From positions 1-63,367 of the forward strand of contig CAYIEN010000006.1 of the NCBI GenBank assembly GCA_964362535.1: 63,367 bases of DNA, written 5' to 3'. The stretch is from an uncultured Methanosarcinales archaeon (lineage in GTDB: Archaea; Nanobdellota; Nanobdellia; Woesearchaeales; ARS49). Both the position numbers and the translations under genes were made by a program. Of the stretch, positions 16,954-24,352 are shown piece after piece; the first letter of the stretch is position 1, and every line of letters starts with the position of its first letter. Below the pieces are notes generated by a model. That model was not told the origin of the DNA and did no database searches. It saw only the letters and a program-made list of their open reading frames with translations.

Positions 16954-18425
16954 TCATTCGTTCCGACTTGTTTCTTAACGCTTAAAGCAACTGCTTTGCC
17001 AAGTACGTCAGTGAGTTTCTCAATTGTTACTTTTCGCACATCTCCAATATCCTTGAGTCCTGCAATAAACATCTTGCGAGCTCGTACCTTTCCGATACCG
17101 GACAGTTTAAGCAACGGCAGTAATTCTTCTTTAGCCCCATATTTCAGTCGTAATCGTACACGTGCCAATTCTTTCACCAACTCGTTGAGATTCAATATAT
17201 TCGTCAGTTCGGTCATGCTGTACAGCAACCAATCTGCGTTGTCCAGTTTAGCACTGAGTTCTCCAGGTCTCACCTTATATTTCTCCAATAAAAATTCCTC
17301 ATCGCATTCATCAATCCAATCAGCGAACATCATTGTTGTTTTGACGGCGTCAAGGAATTCTTCGTATTCTGGGTCGAACGCGCTTGGTTCTCGGATGAGC
17401 AGCCATTGGTCCCACTCGACAAGTTTGGATTGTATCAAATCATACTCACGAACGCCAACGCGAAGAAGTGGTCTCATCTCCAGCGTTGTACACAGCGCAT
17501 GAAGAAACGAAATGGGTTTCAACGTCTTGAGCGTTGACGCTTCCTGCAATGCCAAAACCATCTGGTGCGCAGTAAGTGGATCGAGATACAATTCAGCCAC
17601 TCGTTTGCCCAAAAAGGTTGCTTTGAACGCGTCTTTGCCAAAATCGTGTGCAGAAACAAAATCATCTTGCGCCGGACCAGAAATAAAATTCCAATCAATC
17701 AGTAATTTCAGCATTTTGTCAATCGTGCCGCTCAGCTTCGCTAAATCTTTGAACTGGTGTGCCCAGAATGTTTGTGAAAAAAAGTCAAGCAGTTGTGTTC
17801 GTGTTCCAACAACGCGAGAAGAAATGAGTGAAAGAATATACGTACGTAAGACGGGTTCAACGGCCAATTTAGAATAGATATCTTCGGGCTCACCGTGAAT
17901 GTAGCGGTCCAATAACTCGTCGCGTTCAGCTTCGGTTGACGCAATTAATATCGCTTCGCCAACCGCGTCATATTTAGGACGTCCTGCACGTCCAGCCATC
18001 TGCAAATACTCCAATACCGGAATAAACTGCATACCGTGTTGCCCGAAACGTTTGGTGCTCGTAATAATCGCCCTGAACGCCGGCAAATCAAGTCCCATCG
18101 CAAGCGTCGGAGTGCATGCAATCAACCCTAACACACCAGAACGAAACGCGTTCTCAACAAGTGTTTTCTGTTGCGCATGCAATCCTGCATGGTGAAACGC
18201 AGCTCCGTTATGCACACAATCAGCAAGTCGTTCGCACTGTTTCGTAGGTTTAGAAAGAACGTTTCGTATTTCTTCAGAAAGAGCGTGTAAAGTAGCACTT
18301 CTAATTTTAAGGGTCTTCCCAATATCTTCCGCAGTCTTTTCAGCGCTTCGTTTAGCGTTAACGAAAATCAATGCCTGTTTTTTCTTGTTCAGAGTATCCT
18401 GACAGAGGTCTATCACGCCATCCAT
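16950..18425 (-). CDS. hel308: Hel308/Ski2-type helicase, RecA2 + winged-helix + ratchet + HhH domains only (RecA1 absent)
   Basis: Starts at ...KKQALIFVNAKRSAEKTA (motif IV region). AFHHAGL, TPTLAMGLDLPA, QMAGRAGRP (motif VI), C-terminal HhH LSGIGKVRARK. No Walker A or DEAH in or upstream of the ORF. Confidence 0.75.
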   Translation of the reverse strand: MDGVIDLCQDTLNKKKQALIFVNAKRSAEKTAEDIGKTLKIRSATLHALSEEIRNVLSKPTKQCERLADCVHNGAAFHHAGLHAQQKTLVENAFRSGVLGLIACTPTLAMGLDLPAFRAIITSTKRFGQHGMQFIPVLEYLQMAGRAGRPKYDAVGEAILIASTEAERDELLDRYIHGEPEDIYSKLAVEPVLRTYILSLISSRVVGTRTQLLDFFSQTFWAHQFKDLAKLSGTIDKMLKLLIDWNFISGPAQDDFVSAHDFGKDAFKATFLGKRVAELYLDPLTAHQMVLALQEASTLKTLKPISFLHALCTTLEMRPLLRVGVREYDLIQSKLVEWDQWLLIREPSAFDPEYEEFLDAVKTTMMFADWIDECDEEFLLEKYKVRPGELSAKLDNADWLLYSMTELTNILNLNELVKELARVRLRLKYGAKEELLPLLKLSGIGKVRARKMFIAGLKDIGDVRKVTIEKLTDVLGKAVALSVKKQVGTND

Positions 18426-18446
18426 GAGAAAACAAACAAAAGAAGA

Positions 18447-18455
18447 CTATAAAAG
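18447..18455 (-). promoter_or_regulatory. TATA box (CTTTTATAG on minus strand) directly upstream of the truncated hel308 ORF
   Basis: 22 nt upstream of ATG 18425, the same spacing as other leaderless genes here. Confidence 0.45.
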
Positions 18456-18458
18456 AAT

Positions 18459-18857
18459 TTAGGCGCAGGCGTCTCTGCATTCTTTTTTGCATTCGCTTTT
18501 GAAAATCACGCCGCACTCGATGGTGTTTTCTGCCGCGCAGGATGCTTTGCAGCCTTGTTCTCGCAAATACCCATTGCATCTGACGACGCATTCTTCAAAG
18601 TTAACGTATGCCGTGCCTTCGCCGCAGGCCTCAACTGAATTTTCGCCACACTCATCGATGCAGCCGTCGCCACAAGGTGTTTCGTATGCGGGCGCAGTCT
18701 CGGTAGACGCAGGAACGACAGGAGGCGTTGAGGTAGGGGTCGGAGCAGGGGTAGTTACCGTTTCCGTTGTTTTTATCTGACCTGGAGATTCTACAATAAC
18801 GGGAGACGTACACGCGATCAATACGAGCGCCATTAATAGTATCACTAGTTTTTTCAT
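18459..18857 (-). CDS. Secreted Cys-rich lipobox protein (repeated Cx3C pairs)
   Basis: MKKLVILLMALVLIAC, a Thr/Pro linker, then CGDGCIDEC...CVVRC...CKASC...CKKECRDAC. AGGTGA lies before the ATG. Confidence 0.55.
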   Translation of the reverse strand: MKKLVILLMALVLIACTSPVIVESPGQIKTTETVTTPAPTPTSTPPVVPASTETAPAYETPCGDGCIDECGENSVEACGEGTAYVNFEECVVRCNGYLREQGCKASCAAENTIECGVIFKSECKKECRDACA

Positions 18858-18861
18858 GGTA

Positions 18862-19806
18862 TCACCTACAATTTGTTGAACATGTTGTGTTGCACGTGTC
18901 GAGTGTTGCGCTGCAGCCGATACTGCATCGAGGAACGAGATGGTCCATGCACCCGCCTACAGTGCTTTCTTGACAGCCGTCGCGGCAGTCTGCGGGATGC
19001 ATAAATTCATTGCAAGAGTCACGGCATAAATCTTCGTCTTCCGTGTCGCATCCGTTTTCTACCTTTTCTTCACAACTCGTTACGCAGTCGTTTGCCGTGT
19101 CGACGCATGCGTCTTTGCAGTCGCTGCTGCAATGGGTTTTCATGCTGAGGAGTTGGGCTTCAGTGTACAAGTCAATGACGTCATGGGAATCATCGCTGCC
19201 AGGGGTTCCGCCGGTAACGGTGATTATTTTGTCCTCAACAATCACATCTGCGTCGTTTGTCGTGATAATTTTGACGCTGGGCTTCATGTAGCCTTTGTCT
19301 GCGAGTAGCGAGATAGTGTTTGGAAGGAAAATGATTTGCGCCGATGAGACTTTGTCTTTCGCAACGGTCAATTTGGTGTTAACGACGAAATACGTGTTGG
19401 GAAGAACAACTTCATATTCTGCATCGCCTTTTGTTCCTTCCGCATCGTTGACGCGGAACTTGAGCTGCGTGTATTCTCCGGGGTCGACAGGAGCATCAAT
19501 CAAAATAGATTGCTGATTATTCAACGCAACCAAATCAAACGGAACTTTTGCCGAGGTAAGTTTTACCCATTCATCTTCTGCTTTGAGATATGCTTGGACT
19601 TCAGTTACTTCAAAAATAAGCGTATCAAGGTCAATGTCTCCTTGTGAGCCGACGGAAACGACGATTCTGCCGAACGTTTCTACCGGAGCAGCTGTTTTAT
19701 TTTCGGTAACATTCGCGGTCACATTTTGTGTAACGGTGACTTCAGGTTTTGCGCATGCCGCTAAGAAAAGTAAACAGAATAGTAACACCAGTTTTTTCAT
19801 ACTCAT
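18862..19806 (-). CDS. Lipobox protein with DUF4382-like beta domain and Cys-rich (Cx3C) C-terminal module
   Basis: Start set at MSMKKLVLLFCLLFLAAC; the longer track ORF runs through tRNA-Asn. ...FDLVALNNQQSILIDAPVDPGEYTQLKFRV. C-terminus CKDAC..CVTSC..CRDSC..CRDGC..CSIGC..CNTTCSTNC. Confidence 0.55.
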   Translation of the reverse strand: MSMKKLVLLFCLLFLAACAKPEVTVTQNVTANVTENKTAAPVETFGRIVVSVGSQGDIDLDTLIFEVTEVQAYLKAEDEWVKLTSAKVPFDLVALNNQQSILIDAPVDPGEYTQLKFRVNDAEGTKGDAEYEVVLPNTYFVVNTKLTVAKDKVSSAQIIFLPNTISLLADKGYMKPSVKIITTNDADVIVEDKIITVTGGTPGSDDSHDVIDLYTEAQLLSMKTHCSSDCKDACVDTANDCVTSCEEKVENGCDTEDEDLCRDSCNEFMHPADCRDGCQESTVGGCMDHLVPRCSIGCSATLDTCNTTCSTNCR

Positions 19807-19835
19807 TTCTACGCACCGCTTTGTTATAAAACTTA

Positions 19836-19908
19836 CGCCCTCCGCCAGATTTGAACTGGCGACCTCGTGGTTAACAGCCACGCGCTCTAACCGCTGAGCT
19901 AGGAGGGC
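19836..19908 (-). tRNA. tRNA-Asn (anticodon GTT)
   Basis: GCCCTCC-TA-GCTC..GAGC, anticodon arm CGTGG-CTGTTAA-CCACG, T arm GCCAG-TTCAAAT-CTGGC, acceptor GGAGGGC. Confidence 0.85.
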
Positions 19909-19909
19909 T

Positions 19910-19990
19910 ATGACCCCGCCGCTGCTCGCCGAACAGAGTTCGTCGGCAACGTCGGTCTCATGCTCTGTGTTAACTTGAATGACCCCGCCG
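19910..19990. repeat. 12-nt exact direct repeat ATGACCCCGCCG (19910-19921 and 19979-19990)
   Basis: The second copy is the 3' end of tRNA-Ile (CGGCGGGGTCA plus 1 nt on the minus strand). The first copy sits 1 nt upstream of the tRNA-Asn 5' end. A TGTTCG T-loop-like remnant precedes the first copy. Confidence 0.7.
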
Positions 19991-20053
19991 TGATTCGAAC
20001 ACGGGACCTCACGATTATCAGTCGTGCGCTCAACCAGGCTAAGCTACAGGGTC
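19980..20053 (-). tRNA. tRNA-Ile (anticodon GAT)
   Basis: GACCCTG acceptor, anticodon arm CACGA-CTGATAA-TCGTG, T arm CCGTG-TTCGAAT-CACGG, 3' strand CGGGGTC. Confidence 0.85.
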
Positions 20054-20173
20054 GGTGAATGCTCTATACTCTATAATACAGCAATGACCTGTAAGTGCTT
20101 TTTAAATATTGTGGTATAGGGACAACGTCAATACCTTTATAAACGCTATTTTAGCCCCTGAGAGTGGTGGGGT

Positions 20174-21325
20174 ATGACTGAAGACTTCAGCGATATTGGT
20201 CACACATTTAGTCAGGATGTACTGGCAAGACTCGCGGGTTGGGTTGGAAAATACACCGAAAACTGCATTGATGACTTGATTGTGCGTGGATTTGAGCACA
20301 TCAAAAAAGTTCCTTCTTCAACTGCTATTACCTATGTTTCGACGCATCGCAGCGAAGTGGATTACATGCTTGAGGCGTATGCGTTACGGTCACGAAAACA
20401 GAATGATTGTGCGGGAAAGCCGGTGCTCGCGATCGCTGCAGGTGATAATTTGTTTGTTGGAGAAAAATTAGGAGACACAGTTCTTAATATCGGCAAGTTT
20501 TGGCGTAATTGTGGCGCGTTCAAGATTTTGCGAGATGTGCCAAAAGAGAAAGCAACGGGAGTGACAAAGCACCAATTGAATTATATTACTCATCGTATGG
20601 CTGAAGGCGACCATTTTTTGACGTTTGCCGGTATTGGTCGGTCATACAACGGTGAATTTAAACCGTTTGATTCTGCTGCAGTGCACGTTTTTTCCGGCGC
20701 GGCTGAAAGAGCGAACAAGCAGCACGTGTTTATTCCTATAGATATCAGTTATGAGCGTGTTCCGGAGGCAACGCAGTTTCCGTTTTTTGCGGAGTACAAG
20801 CGCAACAAAGCGGAAGGAAAGCATACGTTGTGGGAAAAAGCACAGTATTACATTCGAGACTGGCCGTACATTTTATGGCAAGGAGTGCGAGGGCGATCGC
20901 TTGGCAACGTCACAATTTCATTTGGAGTGCCGATGCAATCCGAGGGGCGCAGCCGTCATCAAAAAGACCAATTTGTACGCGACCTCGAAACCGCGGCAAA
21001 AAAACTTGTTCCTATCACCTCAACCGCCCTTGTGTGTGCGGCATTACGAGACACGTACAACCATGAGGGAAGCTGCAGAAAAGATGACGTTTCACAACGC
21101 ATGATTCGCATGCAATCAGCTATTGACAATATGCATCCAACATTGCACATTGAAAAGGCACATCCTGCTGCAATGATTGAACGATCTCGCCGATTTATTG
21201 GCGACCATATTCCGCTGAAGGATGGTAGGTTTATCATCAATAATCATGATCTCTTGAATTATTACGCTAACAGTATCAAGCAGTACACACAACCATGGCA
21301 ATCACAAACCGCGTCGCAATTGTAG
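20174..21325 (+). CDS. GPAT/DHAPAT (PlsB-type) glycerol-3-phosphate acyltransferase-like protein
   Basis: Blocks in order: THRSEVDYML (HX4D), NCGAFKILRD, FAGIGRSYNGEF, VFIPIDISYE. 383 aa. Leaderless, 24 nt after CCTTTATAAAC. Confidence 0.65.
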   Translation: MTEDFSDIGHTFSQDVLARLAGWVGKYTENCIDDLIVRGFEHIKKVPSSTAITYVSTHRSEVDYMLEAYALRSRKQNDCAGKPVLAIAAGDNLFVGEKLGDTVLNIGKFWRNCGAFKILRDVPKEKATGVTKHQLNYITHRMAEGDHFLTFAGIGRSYNGEFKPFDSAAVHVFSGAAERANKQHVFIPIDISYERVPEATQFPFFAEYKRNKAEGKHTLWEKAQYYIRDWPYILWQGVRGRSLGNVTISFGVPMQSEGRSRHQKDQFVRDLETAAKKLVPITSTALVCAALRDTYNHEGSCRKDDVSQRMIRMQSAIDNMHPTLHIEKAHPAAMIERSRRFIGDHIPLKDGRFIINNHDLLNYYANSIKQYTQPWQSQTASQL

Positions 21326-22326
21326 GTAAAGGAGAATTCGGGCAGACGCTCGGAAGCTTGCTTGTGGAAGCGGGACACTCAGAAATTTCGTATTGTCACC
21401 GTGACTCGCAAGGGGAGTATTCTGCGCAACAGCTTGATTTTCTGAAAACGGCGGATGTCATTCTTTACACAGTGAAGAGCGAGGCAATGCCTTCAGTAAT
21501 ACAAAAAACGAAACCGTACATTTCGCAGGACGCAAAAATTATTTCTGCGGTGAAAGGAATGAGGTATGATGCTGAAACAAAAACGCTGACCACGACAACT
21601 GATTTGCTGGAGCAGGAATTTCCGAATAACGTGATAGCGGCACTTTCAGGTCCGAATCTGTCGGCAGAGATTAATGCTAAAAAGCCGACGTTTACTGTTA
21701 TTGCCGCGCAGGACAAAGAAGGTCCGAGACGGTATCTTATCCTTACGGAACGATTGTGCCGTTTGTTTAAAACGTCGTATTTCCGTCCCATTCCAGGATT
21801 AGATTTGAAGGGGCTTGAGTATGGCGGAGCACTAAAGAACCCATTGGCTATCGCGACGGGGTTTATCCGCGCATATTTTGGGCCATCCTGTAACACGTTC
21901 GGTTCCGTTATTGAGTGGGGCTGGACAGATCTTAAACGCATTTATCAGAAAATTTCGGAGCAACGATTCGGCGAAGCAAGAGATCTTCCTGAAGGATGCA
22001 TGGGGGATCTTTCAGCAACGGCAACAAGTAGCGACTCGCGTAACTACAAGTTTGGAAGGAAGCTAGGTAAAGCGCACCGGACTAAAGATCAGGGTGCAGT
22101 CGCAAAGGCGTTGAAGTGCGGGCTCAAAAAGACAGTGGAAGGGTTGCCGACGTTGCAGGCTATTTGTTCATACGCGCAAACGCATAATGTTCCGCTTGTT
22201 ATTTTGCCTGAACTACACGGCATTATTTTTGAGGGAAAAGATCCGGCAGAGCTTAATTTTGACACGTTGGAAAAGAGGGTTTTAAAAACCCACTGGATGC
22301 AGTATATGCAGAAGGAACACCCATGA
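21295..22326 (+). CDS. gpsA: NAD(P)H-dependent sn-glycerol-3-phosphate dehydrogenase GpsA
   Basis: VAIVGKGEFGQTLG, SGPNLSAEI, GALKNPLAIATG. The start overlaps the preceding acyltransferase gene by 31 nt. Confidence 0.75.
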   Translation: MAITNRVAIVGKGEFGQTLGSLLVEAGHSEISYCHRDSQGEYSAQQLDFLKTADVILYTVKSEAMPSVIQKTKPYISQDAKIISAVKGMRYDAETKTLTTTTDLLEQEFPNNVIAALSGPNLSAEINAKKPTFTVIAAQDKEGPRRYLILTERLCRLFKTSYFRPIPGLDLKGLEYGGALKNPLAIATGFIRAYFGPSCNTFGSVIEWGWTDLKRIYQKISEQRFGEARDLPEGCMGDLSATATSSDSRNYKFGRKLGKAHRTKDQGAVAKALKCGLKKTVEGLPTLQAICSYAQTHNVPLVILPELHGIIFEGKDPAELNFDTLEKRVLKTHWMQYMQKEHP

Positions 22327-22577
22327 GTTACAACCTTGAACTTGATAATGTCGTGAAGCAGATTAACGACAAGAAAGCAAAACTTGTCTGCATCCAATTA
22401 CCTGAAGGTTTGAAGCCAAATGCTCCTGAAATCCAAACCGCGATTGAGTCAAAGACAAAAGCGCAAGTCATCATTTGGATGGGTTCTTGCTATGGCGCAT
22501 GCGACTTACCAACGGAAGTCGAAAAGCTCGGCGTTGACTTGTTAGTCCAATGGGGCCATAGTAGTTGGAGTCCGTAA
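22323..22577 (+). pseudogene. dph2: Dph2 (diphthamide synthesis, ACP-histidine synthase) N-terminal stub, about 84 of about 330 aa
   Basis: LELDNVVKQINDKKAKLVCIQLPEGLK...GSCYGACD...LVQWGHSSW then stop. Resembles the Dph2 N-terminus up to the GHS motif. No continuation in any frame before the next gene. Confidence 0.5.
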
Positions 22578-22719
22578 GCTCAATTTTCTAGACACAATAA
22601 GAACGGAGTGAAACGACAAATCGTCCGACTTCGTGAAGACGAGGGAAGAGTTTTATTTCTGACCGCGAAGCGGGCAGTTGATAAAACGCTTCCGGAGGAT
22701 GAACGAGAAGGACTTTGAT

Positions 22720-22738
22720 CAATTTTTCTGAAAAATTG
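22720..22738. repeat. Perfect 19-nt palindrome CAATTTTTC-T-GAAAAATTG between convergent genes (possible bidirectional terminator)
   Basis: 9-bp arms, followed by an A-rich run; lies between the dph2 stub (+) and gene 22759 (-). Confidence 0.45.
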
Positions 22739-22758
22739 AAAGAAAAAAAAGAAGTTTT

Positions 22759-22968
22759 CTATTGCATTGCTGCAAAGTCGCTGTCCAACGAGTCGAGTTC
22801 GCTCATGTCGAATTCGTTGTCTAGCGAGTCAACGTCGGAGAAGTCGTCGTTAAAGCTTGAGACTTCTTGGTCGGTGGACGTTGTTGCGGTTGCTTGCGTT
22901 GGTTGCTTTGCGCAGCCCGTCACGATGACGAGTGCGAGGAGCAATGTCGCGAAGAGTAGTTTGTTCAT
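22759..22968 (-). CDS. Small acidic lipobox protein
   Basis: MNKLLFATLLLALVIVTGC, then a D/E/S-rich tail with repeated DSLD/SELD. AGGTGA lies 7 nt before ATG 22968. Confidence 0.5.
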   Translation of the reverse strand: MNKLLFATLLLALVIVTGCAKQPTQATATTSTDQEVSSFNDDFSDVDSLDNEFDMSELDSLDSDFAAMQ

Positions 22969-23002
22969 TGGGTTCACCTGTGTGTTTTTTGGTTATTAAA
23001 CT

Positions 23003-24160
23003 TTACCCAATGACGACTCCTGCGGTCGTGTCAACGCTTGCGTCAACATCGGTGCTGACAATCGTGGTTTCGGTGCTTGCACTATCGTCTTCATCAGAAT
23101 CTGCTGCGTCATCATCAGCTTCAGAGTCATCAGCTTCATCTGTGCCATCAACGTCATCATCTGCTTCGTCTGCATCATCGCCAGTTTCGACTTCGGTGCT
23201 CGAGCCAACTTCTGCGTCGGCTGATTCAAAGTCTCCGGGTTTGGTGGTGCTTCGGATGCTCTTGATGATTTCTTTCAAGAGGTTGTGCGCTTCTTTGAGG
23301 TCTGCGTGTGCCGCGCGAAGTGCAGTGTGTGCTGCTTCAACGTCGCCGCTTGCGTAGAGTGCTTTTGCGCTGTCCGCGTTTGCTTCTGCGCTTTCGAGCT
23401 TTGCTTCGAAGCGTGCTTGTAAGGCGATTGTTGCGCTCATGTCTGCGCCGTGCTCTTCAAGGTGTGCAACGATGCGGTCGAGTTTGTCATCCATCGCGTC
23501 CATGCGCGAGATAACGAGTCCGACGCGGTTGGTAACGACACGGCCTGCTCCTAATTTGAGGGTTGCGCGTGCGTCTTTCCATGCTGCTTGCATTTCTTCT
23601 GCGGCTGCTTTGATTTCTTCGCGTGTTGCGGTATCGGTGTCGATGCCTTCAACGGTTTCTTGTGCGTCGGTCATTGCGGTGATTGAAGCGTCGATGTCCG
23701 CGATGATTTCTGCCTTGTCTTCCGAGTCAGATGCTTCAACTCGGGCTTTCAAGGTAGTTAATAGTTCCAAGACTTTGTCGCTGGATGCGAGCAAGAATGC
23801 TTGCTTGTCCGCGAGTGTTGCGTCTTTGTCTCGAATTGCCGATCGTGCTTTTGCAAAGTCGGTTCGAGCTTCAAGAACGTCTTTGCGTGCTTCAATAACT
23901 CGCTTGTTTGCTTCGCGTACTTTTTCACGGCTTTCTTTGAGTCTTTCTGCCGTAAGTTCTCGTGCTGTTTTTGCGGTTTCGTCCGCGGCGTCTGCAGTGT
24001 CTTCTGCTGCGTCTTCTGCTTCATCTGCGGCGTCATCCGCTGCGTCTTCCGCATCTGATGTGTCGTCGCTGCTGGTGCCGTCTTCTGCGAATGCCGCAGG
24101 GACAATGCTGACCAGGAACAGTGACAGAACCATCATAACGGTCCATTTTTTCAGTTCCAT
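23003..24160 (-). CDS. Secreted, extremely acidic all-helical protein, unknown function
   Basis: MELKKWTVMMVLSLFLVSIVPAAFA signal, D/E/A-rich tails at both ends, helical A/E/K/D core. GGAGG before ATG 24160. Confidence 0.55.
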   Translation of the reverse strand: MELKKWTVMMVLSLFLVSIVPAAFAEDGTSSDDTSDAEDAADDAADEAEDAAEDTADAADETAKTARELTAERLKESREKVREANKRVIEARKDVLEARTDFAKARSAIRDKDATLADKQAFLLASSDKVLELLTTLKARVEASDSEDKAEIIADIDASITAMTDAQETVEGIDTDTATREEIKAAAEEMQAAWKDARATLKLGAGRVVTNRVGLVISRMDAMDDKLDRIVAHLEEHGADMSATIALQARFEAKLESAEANADSAKALYASGDVEAAHTALRAAHADLKEAHNLLKEIIKSIRSTTKPGDFESADAEVGSSTEVETGDDADEADDDVDGTDEADDSEADDDAADSDEDDSASTETTIVSTDVDASVDTTAGVVIG

Positions 24161-24352
24161 ATTGTTTTCCTCCGGGCCGTAGCCCGCAATTGTGATAAAT
24201 TGAAGTACGCGGATGTTGTTTATAAACAAACTTGCGGAATGCTTTCGAAAAGCGCTGTTTAACGCTTTATTACGCATGTTTAGGTCAGCAGGAGGCTTTA
24301 TTGCAGTGTGTTGTTCGACAGCTATTTATATGAACAGAGCTCTCGGAATGCT

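Noticed and set aside
19807-19881. N-terminal 25 codons of track ORF 18862-19881.
   Set aside because: This extension is a translation of tRNA-Asn. A proper signal peptide starts at ATG 19806, with a TATA between the tRNA and that ATG.
22578-22719. Non-coding stretch after the dph2 stub, checked for a C/D-box sRNA (GGATGAA ... CTGA) or another structured RNA.
   Set aside because: The box order and spacing (C, D', C', D) cannot be satisfied. Only short 4-bp hairpins are present.
23439-24182. 247-aa plus-strand ORF, plus 22932-23357 and 23077-23514, opposite the acidic secreted protein gene.
   Set aside because: A low-complexity Ser/Ala/Arg translation produced by the GC- and GA-rich antisense strand of an Asp/Ala/Glu-rich gene, with no start context.
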